A stretch of DNA of 62,975 nt, counting the filler. It is 6 parts of 6 records of this genome, joined end to end, with 100 filler letters (N's around TTAATTAATTAA, not from the genome) between each part and the next. Parts side by side here need not be neighbours in the genome. Positions count along the whole stretch, not along the records: positions 50,421 to 56,505 come from SRR31156797_16719; positions 56,606 to 62,975 come from SRR31156797_16725; 4 more parts are not named here. One strand, written 5' to 3'. Both the position numbers and the translations under genes were made by a program. The stretch's first letter is position 1. Each line of letters starts with the position of its first letter. The notes beneath the pieces are model-generated. The model was not told where the DNA came from. It searched no databases and saw only the letters and a program-made list of their open reading frames with translations. Positions 50,444 to 59,375 of the stretch are shown here, one piece after another.

Positions 50444-52549
50444 TCAGCCAACCGCTGCCTGTTGTTTTAAAGCTTCCTCCGATTCCGGGTCCATGGTGTA
50501 ACAGGTAATACAACAGGAGAGACACCGTTGGCTTTCCTTCAATGCCTGTTCTTCGGTCAGGACCTGATCCACTTCCACAAACGATTTGATCCTTTCGCCC
50601 GCCGGTAGTTCCTCCATGGGTGATCTGGGTTTTTTGACGATGCCGGGGACATGGTCCAATCGGGAACCGGGAATGAGGTCTTTTCCCATATGTTCCGTGG
50701 GACCTGCCTTGACTTCTTCGCCCATCACATATTGATGGATGGATCTGGCGGCCCTTCTGCCGCCGCCGATGGCGGTGACCACCAGGGCCGGGCCCGTAGC
50801 CGAATCGCCGCCCGCAAAGAGGTAGGGGATATTGGACTGAAGCGTTTTGGGATCGGCGTCAACCGTACTCCATCGGGTGGTTTTCAATTCGGCAAGACGT
50901 TTTTGATCCCGTTCAACAAATGACATGTCCGGCGCCTGTCCGATGGCGGTAATGATCATGTCGGTCTGCAGCCGGGTTTCCGAACCTTCGATGGGGACGG
51001 GACGGCGTCTGCCGCTGGCATCCGGTTCTCCCAATTCCATTTTCAGATATTCCAGATGGGTACAGTGCCCCTTATCATCGCTGATCACTTCTTTGGGCGC
51101 GGTCAGGAAAATGAATTCCACGCCTTCCTCTTCGGCGGCCTCGATCTCAACCGGGTTGGCAGGCATCTCTTTCCGGGTTCTTCGATACGCCAGATAGACC
51201 TTTTTGGCGCCATAGCGGAGGAGGTTCCGGGTACAGTCGATGGCGGTGTTTCCGCCGCCGATGACCACCGCCGTATCTCCCATGGGCAGTTTCTCGCCGC
51301 CGGCCAGGCGGGAAAGAAAATCGATGCCCGTGTAGCATCCTTCCAGATTTTCCCCTTCCACGCGGAGGAGGGAATCTTTCCATGCGCCGATGCCCATGAA
51401 AATGGCATCGTATCCTGCCGCCACGAGGGATGACAGATCGAAATCCTCTCCGAATTTCACCCGGGTATGGCTTTCGATCCCCAGGTTGAGTATCCCTTCA
51501 ATCTCCCAGTCCAGCGTTTTCTTGGGGAGCCGATATTCGGGAATGCCGTATCGGATCATGCCGCCCAGCTTGGGCATGGCTTCGAATATGGTCACGTCAT
51601 GCCCCATCCGTCGAAGGAAAAAAGCACAACTCAGCCCCGCGGGACCACCGCCGATGACGGCGACCTTTTTCCCTGTAGGGGGCGCCACGGAAATGGGAAA
51701 CCGCCTGCCCGAATTCATCTCATAATCAGCGGCAAAGCGCTTCAACTGGTTGATGGAAACCGGTTCATCTTCAATTCCCCGGCGGCAGCTGTCCTCACAG
51801 GGATGGGGGCAAACCCTGCCGCAGGAAAGGAGCAGGGGGTTGCGTTCGCGTATGGTATGGACGGCGCCCTCGTAATCGCCTTCCCGGATCTGGGCAATAT
51901 ACAGGGGGATATTGATCTGGGCGGGACATATCTGGCGGCAGGGCGCCAGACAATCTTCTTCATCATTGAATTGAAGCAGGCGTTCCGACGGTGTTTTCAC
52001 GGTGAGAATGTTTTTTGGGCAGGTCCGCTCACAGGCGCCGCATCCCACGCATTTTTCTTCGTCCACAACGGGAAACCCTTCAGGTCCGATTTTCAGGGCG
52101 TCAAACAGGCAGGCCTTCACGCAGTCCCCGTAACCCAGACAACCCAGATCGCACTGACGTTTGCCATCATCCAGCATCATCTGTGCCCGGCATGAGGGGA
52201 TGCCTTTGTAAAGATACCGAACCTTTGCACGATCTCCACCGGTGCAGGGGTTTGAACAGGAGGACGCTTCCGCAAGTCCCCCGGCCATTCCCATGATGGC
52301 GGCGACGGCCTGGGTGGCCTCGTCTCCCGCCACAATACACACATTGGCGGGCGCCTGACCTTCCACCACGGCAACCGCCGCGGCGGAACAACCCGCATAA
52401 CCGCATCCGCCACAATTGGCGCCGGCCAGGCAGTCTTCCACCTGGGCAATCCTCGGGTCTTCATAAACGTAAAAGATTTTGGACGCGAGGCTTAGAACAA
52501 CACCCAATACCGCTCCCAGACCACACATCACAAGCAAGGCTGGAACCAT
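50444..52549 (-). CDS. rnfB: RnfB-like polyferredoxin fused to a GltD/NfnB-like FAD/NAD(P)H oxidoreductase
   Basis: TM anchor, GANCGGCGYAGC, CLGYGDCVKAC, CVGCGACERTCP; then CGRVCPHPCE, GGGPAG, YGIPEYRL, GGGNTAID; GGAGG RBS before ATG 52549. Confidence 0.85.
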   Translation of the reverse strand: MVPALLVMCGLGAVLGVVLSLASKIFYVYEDPRIAQVEDCLAGANCGGCGYAGCSAAAVAVVEGQAPANVCIVAGDEATQAVAAIMGMAGGLAEASSCSNPCTGGDRAKVRYLYKGIPSCRAQMMLDDGKRQCDLGCLGYGDCVKACLFDALKIGPEGFPVVDEEKCVGCGACERTCPKNILTVKTPSERLLQFNDEEDCLAPCRQICPAQINIPLYIAQIREGDYEGAVHTIRERNPLLLSCGRVCPHPCEDSCRRGIEDEPVSINQLKRFAADYEMNSGRRFPISVAPPTGKKVAVIGGGPAGLSCAFFLRRMGHDVTIFEAMPKLGGMIRYGIPEYRLPKKTLDWEIEGILNLGIESHTRVKFGEDFDLSSLVAAGYDAIFMGIGAWKDSLLRVEGENLEGCYTGIDFLSRLAGGEKLPMGDTAVVIGGGNTAIDCTRNLLRYGAKKVYLAYRRTRKEMPANPVEIEAAEEEGVEFIFLTAPKEVISDDKGHCTHLEYLKMELGEPDASGRRRPVPIEGSETRLQTDMIITAIGQAPDMSFVERDQKRLAELKTTRWSTVDADPKTLQSNIPYLFAGGDSATGPALVVTAIGGGRRAARSIHQYVMGEEVKAGPTEHMGKDLIPGSRLDHVPGIVKKPRSPMEELPAGERIKSFVEVDQVLTEEQALKESQRCLSCCITCYTMDPESEEALKQQAAVG

Positions 52550-52872
52550 TATGAACTCCTCCAAATAAAAGGCTTGGGCGGAAAGTTTGTTGTTAATCTA
52601 GTACCGGTGGAGGCCGCCCAACAATACCCCCAAGGCGATTTTGAAATTTGAACCTCAGCCATTGAATCGATAAGAACGCCGAAAAAGCGTCCGTTCCATT
52701 AACAACACATATAGGCAAAACAGGGTTCATATGTCAACCACAAGAGCGCATTTTGAAGCGTGAGAGTGGAAAAAATCCGATTTTTCCCTTGTGCCAGGTG
52801 TTTGGGTTTGATGTTAGAGATTGGAGATGCGGTTTTTTGGTTGGAGGCGGAAAAAGAAAATGATGGTCTGCT

Positions 52873-53904
52873 TTATCCGTATTCACGATCCGTCCTCTGA
52901 ATGGATGGAACTTGGAAGCAATCCTGGATGGCCAAAATGGTTAATGCCAAATGGGATGAAGGGACGACACCGGTAATGGAAGCGATGGTACAGCTTAATC
53001 CCATAAGATTAACGCCGGCTGTTTCCAGGGCAATGAGCAGGTCCCGGACGATACCGTATCGATCTCCGAAATGGGGACCGTTCATGGAGAATGTACCCAC
53101 GGGATCATGGGCTTCCATTTGTAACGGGTCGAGGATCCGGGCAATATCTTCTTTGTTGGATCCCCTTTTTGTTAACGGCAGGCAGAGATCCATGGTATCT
53201 ATTTCCCCCCGGGATCGGCCGGCGACCAGGAAGGTTAGATCAAGCCCATGAAGGGAAACGCCTTGAAAGGCGGCACCCAGGGCGCTCATGTTTGAGGGTT
53301 CCAACGTGATGTGCAACAGTTCCTGGTGGTCCTGATATTCCAGACCGTAAATTTTCGGGTGTTTCTCCTGGTAGCTTGCGACCACTTCCTTGAAAAGTTT
53401 TTCCTTTCCTTTCTGGGCCAGTTTCCAGTCTGCCGGTGTTCGGTAAGCGCCAAAAGCGAACGGACCGAAAAGGGCGCTACTGGCTTGTAACAGTATCCGC
53501 TCCTTCAGAACCGCTGAAATGGCTGAAGGTGAATGGGCCATGGCCTCCGGATGGATGCCTTCACGGCTAAAGGCGTCGAAAAGGGTGCCGGTAATGGCGG
53601 GCTTTTTCCGGTGGGGGAAAATGGAGAGGATCGCTGCGTTCGATTGTTGATGGGGTCTTTTGCCGAGGGTTTCTGATAAAAGTCTGCCGGCCGTCCGTGC
53701 GTCTTTAAAGTCAACGGCCATGTTGACCTGCCATCTCCCCGCAACTTCCGGAACACAGGTGACATAGGGTAGATTAATTTCATGTTCCGCCAGGACACGG
53801 AATAATGCCACGGGCAGGCGCCTGTCAGGTTCAAAAGGGGCGGGCGAGAAGAGCACCGCCTCTTTTAAAATTTTAAATCCACCCAGTTTTTCCGGATCAG
53901 ACAT
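52873..53904 (-). CDS. ACT-domain protein resembling the aspartokinase regulatory region, no kinase domain
   Basis: LFRVLAEHEIN, ILSIFP..ITGTLFDAF..SPSAISAV, GPHFGDRYGI..SCTIASITGVV. Confidence 0.65.
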   Translation of the reverse strand: MSDPEKLGGFKILKEAVLFSPAPFEPDRRLPVALFRVLAEHEINLPYVTCVPEVAGRWQVNMAVDFKDARTAGRLLSETLGKRPHQQSNAAILSIFPHRKKPAITGTLFDAFSREGIHPEAMAHSPSAISAVLKERILLQASSALFGPFAFGAYRTPADWKLAQKGKEKLFKEVVASYQEKHPKIYGLEYQDHQELLHITLEPSNMSALGAAFQGVSLHGLDLTFLVAGRSRGEIDTMDLCLPLTKRGSNKEDIARILDPLQMEAHDPVGTFSMNGPHFGDRYGIVRDLLIALETAGVNLMGLSCTIASITGVVPSSHLALTILAIQDCFQVPSIQRTDREYG

Positions 53905-53935
53905 GAAAGTTCGGTGAAAGGTTCAAGGGTTAGGG

Positions 53936-53963
53936 GTAGAGACAAGGCATGCCTTGTCTCTAC
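53936..53963. repeat. GTAG-family REP-like perfect palindrome
   Basis: GTAGAGACAAGGCA|TGCCTTGTCTCTAC, 28 bp, 6 bp beyond the stop codon of the receiver gene. Confidence 0.8.
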
Positions 53964-53969
53964 ATTTTT

Positions 53970-54350
53970 TTAGAGCAGATTGCTGACCACCTCCCACAAC
54001 CCTTCCGTATCAATGGGCTTGGCGATATAGTCATCCGCTTCAGTGGACATGCCGTCGGCATGGGTGTAGGTGGTCGTGGGAACAGCTTCGCCCACGGCGG
54101 TCAGGAGGACCACCGGGATATTCGCCATTTCCGGGTTTGCCTTCATTTCGGCGCAAAGCACATACCCGTCTTTCCTGGGCATCATCACATCAAGAACAAC
54201 CAGGTCCGGACGTCTTTCCTTTATGGACTCTTCTCCTTCCACGCCATCATAGGCCCGTCCCACCTCACATCCTTTGCTTTCCAGCATCATGGCCACGGTT
54301 TCCACCAGATCAGGATCATCATCAACCACCAGAACATATTTTTTATCCAT
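53970..54350 (-). CDS. Single-domain response regulator (CheY-like receiver)
   Basis: VVDDD, LDVMMP phospho-Asp, LLTA, YIAKP. Confidence 0.93.
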   Translation of the reverse strand: MDKKYVLVVDDDPDLVETVAMMLESKGCEVGRAYDGVEGEESIKERRPDLVVLDVMMPRKDGYVLCAEMKANPEMANIPVVLLTAVGEAVPTTTYTHADGMSTEADDYIAKPIDTEGLWEVVSNLL

Positions 54351-54465
54351 AACAAAACCTCCTTTCGCCGGTCATTGTTAAATCACTGTTAACTCGATAA
54401 CGTACATTATCGGCTGTTGCAAGCTTATTCTTGAAAAAGCAGGCAAGAGCCCGTGTCTCCTTATC

Positions 54466-55395
54466 CTACAACTTCGGCCTGGGATAAAGGCCGCTTCGTT
54501 CCACAATCCCCGGCACTTTTTCTTCCCATTCAATGGCCATGATGTGAAACCCGCTGACCCCTTCACATTCCTTTAACCGCTCTATGGTTTCAACGCAGAT
54601 GTTGATCCCCTCTTCCGCCTGTTTCTCCTTGGGAACGCCGGCCATCCGTTTGACCACATGGTCGGGTACATCCATTCCCGGAACCCGGTTTTTCATGTAT
54701 TTGGCCATGCCCGCAGATTTGAAAGGGGTCACCCCCGCCATAATATGGGCTTTTTCATGGAGACCGCGGTCACGGGCCTGTTGCATCCACAGCTCGAATT
54801 TGTCCAGGTTATAGATGCACTGGGTTTGAATAAATTCGACGCCGGCTGCAATTTTCTTGGCCAGCCTGGGGGTGCGGATTTCAAAAGGATCCGCAAAGGG
54901 ATTGGCCGCGGCACCCACAAACATGTTGGGAGGTCTTTTAATGTCGTCCCCGCCCAGGAATTTCCCCTCGTCCCGCATATGCCTCACCGTCTGGATCAGC
55001 TGCATGGAGTCGATATCAAAGACGTTTTGTCCCTGAGCCGAGTCTCCGAATTGCTGATGGTCCCCCGAAAGGCATAAAATATTATGGATGTCAAAAGATG
55101 CGGCACCCAGAATATCGCTTTGAAGGGCGATCCGGTTTCGGTCCCTCACCACCATCTGAAGGATCGGTTCCACGCCCATGAGTTTAAGGTGAATGCAGGA
55201 GGCGAGACTGGACAGACGGACAACACTGGTCTGGTTGTCCGTGATGTTGATGGCATCCACATGATCCTTAATCATCTCGGCCTTTTGGGTGATCGCCTCC
55301 GGGTCGCTCCCTCTGGGCGGTCCACATTCCGATGTGACGGCCAGAAGGCCTTCGGCCAGAATCTTTTCCAGTTTGCTGGGGGTCTTTGTTTTCAT
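54466..55395 (-). CDS. metF: Methylenetetrahydrofolate reductase
   Basis: ECGPP, NITDN, RDRNRIALQ, LSGD, KIAAGVEFIQTQ. Confidence 0.93.
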   Translation of the reverse strand: MKTKTPSKLEKILAEGLLAVTSECGPPRGSDPEAITQKAEMIKDHVDAINITDNQTSVVRLSSLASCIHLKLMGVEPILQMVVRDRNRIALQSDILGAASFDIHNILCLSGDHQQFGDSAQGQNVFDIDSMQLIQTVRHMRDEGKFLGGDDIKRPPNMFVGAAANPFADPFEIRTPRLAKKIAAGVEFIQTQCIYNLDKFELWMQQARDRGLHEKAHIMAGVTPFKSAGMAKYMKNRVPGMDVPDHVVKRMAGVPKEKQAEEGINICVETIERLKECEGVSGFHIMAIEWEEKVPGIVERSGLYPRPKL

Positions 55396-56060
55396 TGCAT
55401 TACATCCTCCCTCACCACTTTTCTGGGACCACCGGCCCGCTCCGTTGACCAGTCCTTGATGGGCAGAAGCGTTTCATAGTCTGAAAGGCGGTCCAGCTTT
55501 GTTAACCTGTCCACAATGAGCTGCCAGCCGCAGATGACATCCTTGTCGATTTCGCAATGGCCGTCGGTGGATCCGCCGCAGGGTCCGTTGAAAAGCCGTT
55601 TGGCGCAACGGGAGACCGGGCAGATGCCGCCGGTCTTGGCCAGCATGCAGCTGCCGCACCCCTGGCAGCGCTCCGACCACACGCCTCTTTCCTCGGTGAC
55701 CCCCATGAAACAGGTGTCGACGCCCGGCAGGACGGGCATGCTCATGTATTTCTCCGCCATGAACTGAACGCCTACACCGCATGCCAATGATACCACCGCA
55801 TCATACTGGTCGATCCGGTTTCGCAACTCCTCCAGGTATTCGTGGTCGCATTGACGTTCCAGGGTAACCTCTTCTATTTTAATGTCCTTTCCCTGGTTCA
55901 TGAAGTGTATATGCAGGGCGGAGGCCAGAACCGCCACTTCCTTTTTCCCCCCCGCTTCACATACCGTGACGCATTCGTTGCATCCGACCAAGAGTATTTT
56001 TTCGTAGCCTTGGGCTTCCTCAATGATTTCCTCAATGGGCTTTCTTTTCGCCACAATCAT
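55392..56060 (-). CDS. metV: MTHFR small subunit MetV (MTHFR C-terminal domain protein)
   Basis: GCNECVTVC, ERQC, CGVG, CQGCGSC, CP..RCAK..NGPCGG, CGW; ATGA overlap with metF. Confidence 0.9.
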   Translation of the reverse strand: MIVAKRKPIEEIIEEAQGYEKILLVGCNECVTVCEAGGKKEVAVLASALHIHFMNQGKDIKIEEVTLERQCDHEYLEELRNRIDQYDAVVSLACGVGVQFMAEKYMSMPVLPGVDTCFMGVTEERGVWSERCQGCGSCMLAKTGGICPVSRCAKRLFNGPCGGSTDGHCEIDKDVICGWQLIVDRLTKLDRLSDYETLLPIKDWSTERAGGPRKVVREDVMQ

Positions 56061-56132
56061 AATGAAATTCCCTCCTGTGGGTTGTAATTCGTGCTTGTCC
56101 GGAAACCAGTATCATATTTCTTACTTCTGGCT

Positions 56133-56504
56133 TCATGCAGCCCGTTTCATGGCTGTTTTAACGGGGTTGGGACCCATCTCCTTTATTTTTTCGGTCATTT
56201 CAGTGATCATTTTGACAAACTGAGGTGCTTCACTGGAAGAAAGATTGAACATCTGCACCCGTTCGCCTCCGGTCTTGACGCTGTCAAGAATTCTCCGGGC
56301 TTCTTCCACCCGTTTGCGGGCGCGGATGTTGCCGCTGGTATACTGGCAGGCCCCTTCCATGCAGCCCACCACACAAACCCCGTCGGCGCCCTTTTCAAAG
56401 GAACGGAGCAGATGGATCAGATCCACCTTTCCGGTGCAGGGGAGTTTGATGATCTTGACGTTGCTGGGATATTGAAGTCTCATGGAACCTGCCAGGTCCG
56501 CGGC
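56133..56504 (-). CDS. mvhD: MvhD/FlpD-like hydrogenase iron-sulfur subunit (5' partial)
   Basis: AADLAGSMRLQYP, PCTGKVD, GADGV, GC..GACQY..GN, MGPNP. Confidence 0.9.
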   Translation of the reverse strand, partial: AADLAGSMRLQYPSNVKIIKLPCTGKVDLIHLLRSFEKGADGVCVVGCMEGACQYTSGNIRARKRVEEARRILDSVKTGGERVQMFNLSSSEAPQFVKMITEMTEKIKEMGPNPVKTAMKRAA

Positions 56505-56505
56505 T

Positions 56506-56605
56506 NNNNNNNNNNNNNNNNNNNNNNNNNNNNNNNNNNNNNNNNNNNNTTAATTAATTAANNNNNNNNNNNNNNNNNNNNNNNNNNNNNNNNNNNNNNN
56601 NNNNN
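56506..56605. other. Artificial contig spacer
   Basis: N-run with TTAATTAATTAA. Confidence 0.98.
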
Positions 56606-57427
56606 ATTGATGAACTAAAACCAAGAGATGAAGTTTCAAGGGCAATAAGTGAAAAACTATTAAACAATGAAAAAATCTTTTTAGATTTAAGACATCTTGA
56701 TGAAAAATTAATAGATGAACTTCTTCCTCAGGAAAAACAACTTGCAAAAACATTTAAAAATATAGATATTTCAAAAGAGTTATTGCCTATAGTTAGTGCA
56801 GCTCATTATAGTATGGGTGGTATTTTATGTGATGAAAATGCAAAAACATCACTTAAAAATCTTTTTGTATGTGGAGAGTGTGCCCAAGGAAACATACATG
56901 GAGCAAATAGGTTAGGTGGTAACTCTTTACTTGAAGTTATTTACTTAGCAAAAAAAGCTGGAAATAGTGCTTTTCAAAACCTACAAAGAGCAACTATAAA
57001 AGAAGATATCAAAACCGTAGATTTTGAAAAAAGTATAGAAGATATACTTTCAAATAAAAATATAATAAATGTCTCTAAAGAGAAAAAAGAGTTTGGAGAG
57101 AGACTTTTTAAAGCTCTTGGAGTATTTAAAGACGAAACTAGTATGAAAACTTTATTGTCTTATTTAGAACAATTAGAGCAAAAATTAAAAGTCTCTACAA
57201 TAGAAGATAAAAGTAGGGTATATAATAAAAGCTTAATAGAGTTCTTAGAGTTTAAAGAGTCTGTTTATATGGCAAAACTAATAGCTAAGTGTGCTTTAGA
57301 GAGAAAAGAGAGTAGAGGGGCACATTTTAGAACAGACTTTAAAGAACAAAAAGAAGAGTTTGCAAAGATTAGTATTGTAAAGTATGAAAAAGAGCAAGAT
57401 ATTATTTCCTATGAAGACGCAGTATGA
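56606..57427 (+). CDS. sdhA: Succinate dehydrogenase/fumarate reductase flavoprotein subunit (5' partial)
   Basis: Frame open from the contig edge: ELKPRDEVSRAI, HYSMGG, HGANRLGGNSL, RKESRGAHFRTD. Confidence 0.88.
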   Translation: MDELKPRDEVSRAISEKLLNNEKIFLDLRHLDEKLIDELLPQEKQLAKTFKNIDISKELLPIVSAAHYSMGGILCDENAKTSLKNLFVCGECAQGNIHGANRLGGNSLLEVIYLAKKAGNSAFQNLQRATIKEDIKTVDFEKSIEDILSNKNIINVSKEKKEFGERLFKALGVFKDETSMKTLLSYLEQLEQKLKVSTIEDKSRVYNKSLIEFLEFKESVYMAKLIAKCALERKESRGAHFRTDFKEQKEEFAKISIVKYEKEQDIISYEDAV

Positions 57428-58152
57428 AAATAAAAGTAAGTAGATTTAATCAAGAGAAAACCTTTTTAGAAGAGTTTGACGTGAAAGAGAATAAAACACT
57501 TTTAGAAAATCTTGTTGAAATAAAACAAGATAAAGACTCTACTTTAACTTTTAAACATGGTTGTAGAAGTGGAGTTTGTGGCTGTTGTTCTGTAAGAGTA
57601 AATGGTCAAGAAAGATTAGCCTGTAAAACAAAACTAAAAGAGAATGATTTAGTAGAACCACTTAAAAACTACGAAGTCTTAAAGGATTTAGTAGTTGATA
57701 CTTCAAAGGAAGAAGAGCTTTTAACTAAAACAAATAGCTTCTTACATAAAAAAGAAGATGTAAGCATTTCAATAAAAGATGAAAAGCAAATAGATAGACA
57801 AAGTAACTGTATTTTATGTCAAAGTTGTTATAGCTCATGTCCTGTTTATGAAGTAAATGAAAACTTCTTAGGACCATACGCTTTAACAAGAGCTTTACGA
57901 TACGTAGATGATAAAAAAGAGGGTGATAAGCTAGCTATTTTAGCTTCTATTCAAGAAGATGGTATTTGGGATTGTACTTTATGTGGAAACTGTACTTTTG
58001 TATGCCCTCAGGCAATTGATCCAAAGATGGATATAACAAACCTTAGAATGAAATCCGCTCAAAGTGGTTTTGAAGATAAGAGTATGCAAAACTATAATAG
58101 TTTTAATAGTGGATTTGACCCAATGGGAGGTTTCAATCCCAATGGGTTTTAG
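57424..58152 (+). CDS. sdhB: Succinate dehydrogenase/fumarate reductase iron-sulfur subunit
   Basis: CRSGVCGCC..C, CILCQSCYSSCP, CTLCGNCTFVCP. Confidence 0.9.
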   Translation: MKIKVSRFNQEKTFLEEFDVKENKTLLENLVEIKQDKDSTLTFKHGCRSGVCGCCSVRVNGQERLACKTKLKENDLVEPLKNYEVLKDLVVDTSKEEELLTKTNSFLHKKEDVSISIKDEKQIDRQSNCILCQSCYSSCPVYEVNENFLGPYALTRALRYVDDKKEGDKLAILASIQEDGIWDCTLCGNCTFVCPQAIDPKMDITNLRMKSAQSGFEDKSMQNYNSFNSGFDPMGGFNPNGF

Positions 58153-58153
58153 T

Positions 58154-59245
58154 TTATAGATTATTTTTAATATATAAATAATCAGACATCTCAGTCCACT
58201 CTCTTACATCTTTCATATAAGCATCTTGGTGGTCTAAAATCTCTTTTAACTCAGGAGATTTTGCTCCTAGTTCTGCTCTTAGTTCAGCATTTGCTTTTTT
58301 CATCTCATCCATAATCTCTTTAGGGAATGTTTTTACTTGAATATTTGGATGTTCTGCTTTCATCTTTTTCCAAGCTTTTGCATTCATATCATAGTTTTGG
58401 ATATACATATCATATGCCGCTGTTCTAATTGTAAGTACTAAAATCTCTTGTAAGTCTTTTGGTAACTTATCAAAAGTCTTTTTATTGATTAAAAACTGCA
58501 TTTCTGAAGCTGGTTCATGCCAACCTGTGTAGTAGTATGAAGCAATTCTATGGAATCCCATTCCTATATCCATAGATGGACCAACCCATTCTAAAGCATC
58601 AATAGTATTTCTATCTAAAGCAGTATAAAGTTCCCCTGGAGCAATATTTGTAACTTGTACACCAAGTTTTGCCATAATCTCACCAGCAAACCCAGGAATT
58701 CTCATCTTAAGACCTTGTAAGTCTTCTAAAGATTTAATCTCTTCTTTAAACCATCCACCCATTTGAACTCCAGTACTTCCCCCTGGAAATGAAAGTAGTC
58801 CATGTTTTGAGTAAACTTTTTGCATAAGCTCTAACCCACCACCTTCATAAAACCATGCATACTGTTCAGGTGCAGTCATACCAAAAGGCATAGAAGTAAA
58901 AGGAAGGGCTGCAATATCTTTACCTTTCCAGTAATATGAAGCAGAGTGACCCATATCGTACTGACCACCTTTTACCATATCTAAAATACCAAGTGGTGAC
59001 TTATGTTTATTAGAAGCATCAACTCTAATTTTTAATCTTCCATTAGACATAGTTTCAGCATATTTTGCCATGTTTTGTGCTGAGTCAATTAGTGGAGATA
59101 AAGTAGGTCCCCAAGTCGTAGCCATAGTAAGTGTGTAAGTTCTAGCCTTAGCTTTAGGCTCTTGTTTAGTTTCTTGTTTCTTTGTATCATTACAACCTGT
59201 AAAAAGAACAGCTAATGAGACAAAAAGAAGTGTAAGTTTTTTCAT
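58154..59245 (-). CDS. dctP: TRAP transporter substrate-binding lipoprotein (TakP-like)
   Basis: FTGC lipobox; SYYWKGK, QMGGWF, GLKMRIPG, EWVGP, GWHEP. Confidence 0.92.
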   Translation of the reverse strand: MKKLTLLFVSLAVLFTGCNDTKKQETKQEPKAKARTYTLTMATTWGPTLSPLIDSAQNMAKYAETMSNGRLKIRVDASNKHKSPLGILDMVKGGQYDMGHSASYYWKGKDIAALPFTSMPFGMTAPEQYAWFYEGGGLELMQKVYSKHGLLSFPGGSTGVQMGGWFKEEIKSLEDLQGLKMRIPGFAGEIMAKLGVQVTNIAPGELYTALDRNTIDALEWVGPSMDIGMGFHRIASYYYTGWHEPASEMQFLINKKTFDKLPKDLQEILVLTIRTAAYDMYIQNYDMNAKAWKKMKAEHPNIQVKTFPKEIMDEMKKANAELRAELGAKSPELKEILDHQDAYMKDVREWTEMSDYLYIKNNL

Positions 59246-59375
59246 CTTTTCCCTTTTTTCTTAGTAGCCATTTATAAGTTATACTAATATTGACTACTAA
59301 TTTTAGTAGGGCTATTTTAACCAATACTCTCTTATTTCATAGCTATAAATATTATAAATCATATTATTAAACTAC

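Noticed and set aside
51467-52195. 242-aa plus-strand ORF and other short ORFs in the GC-rich contigs
   Set aside because: Shadow ORFs opposite well-supported genes
55392-56504. Selenocysteine recoding in MetV/MvhD
   Set aside because: No in-frame TGA in the visible parts; the MvhD N-terminus is missing, so it cannot be assessed
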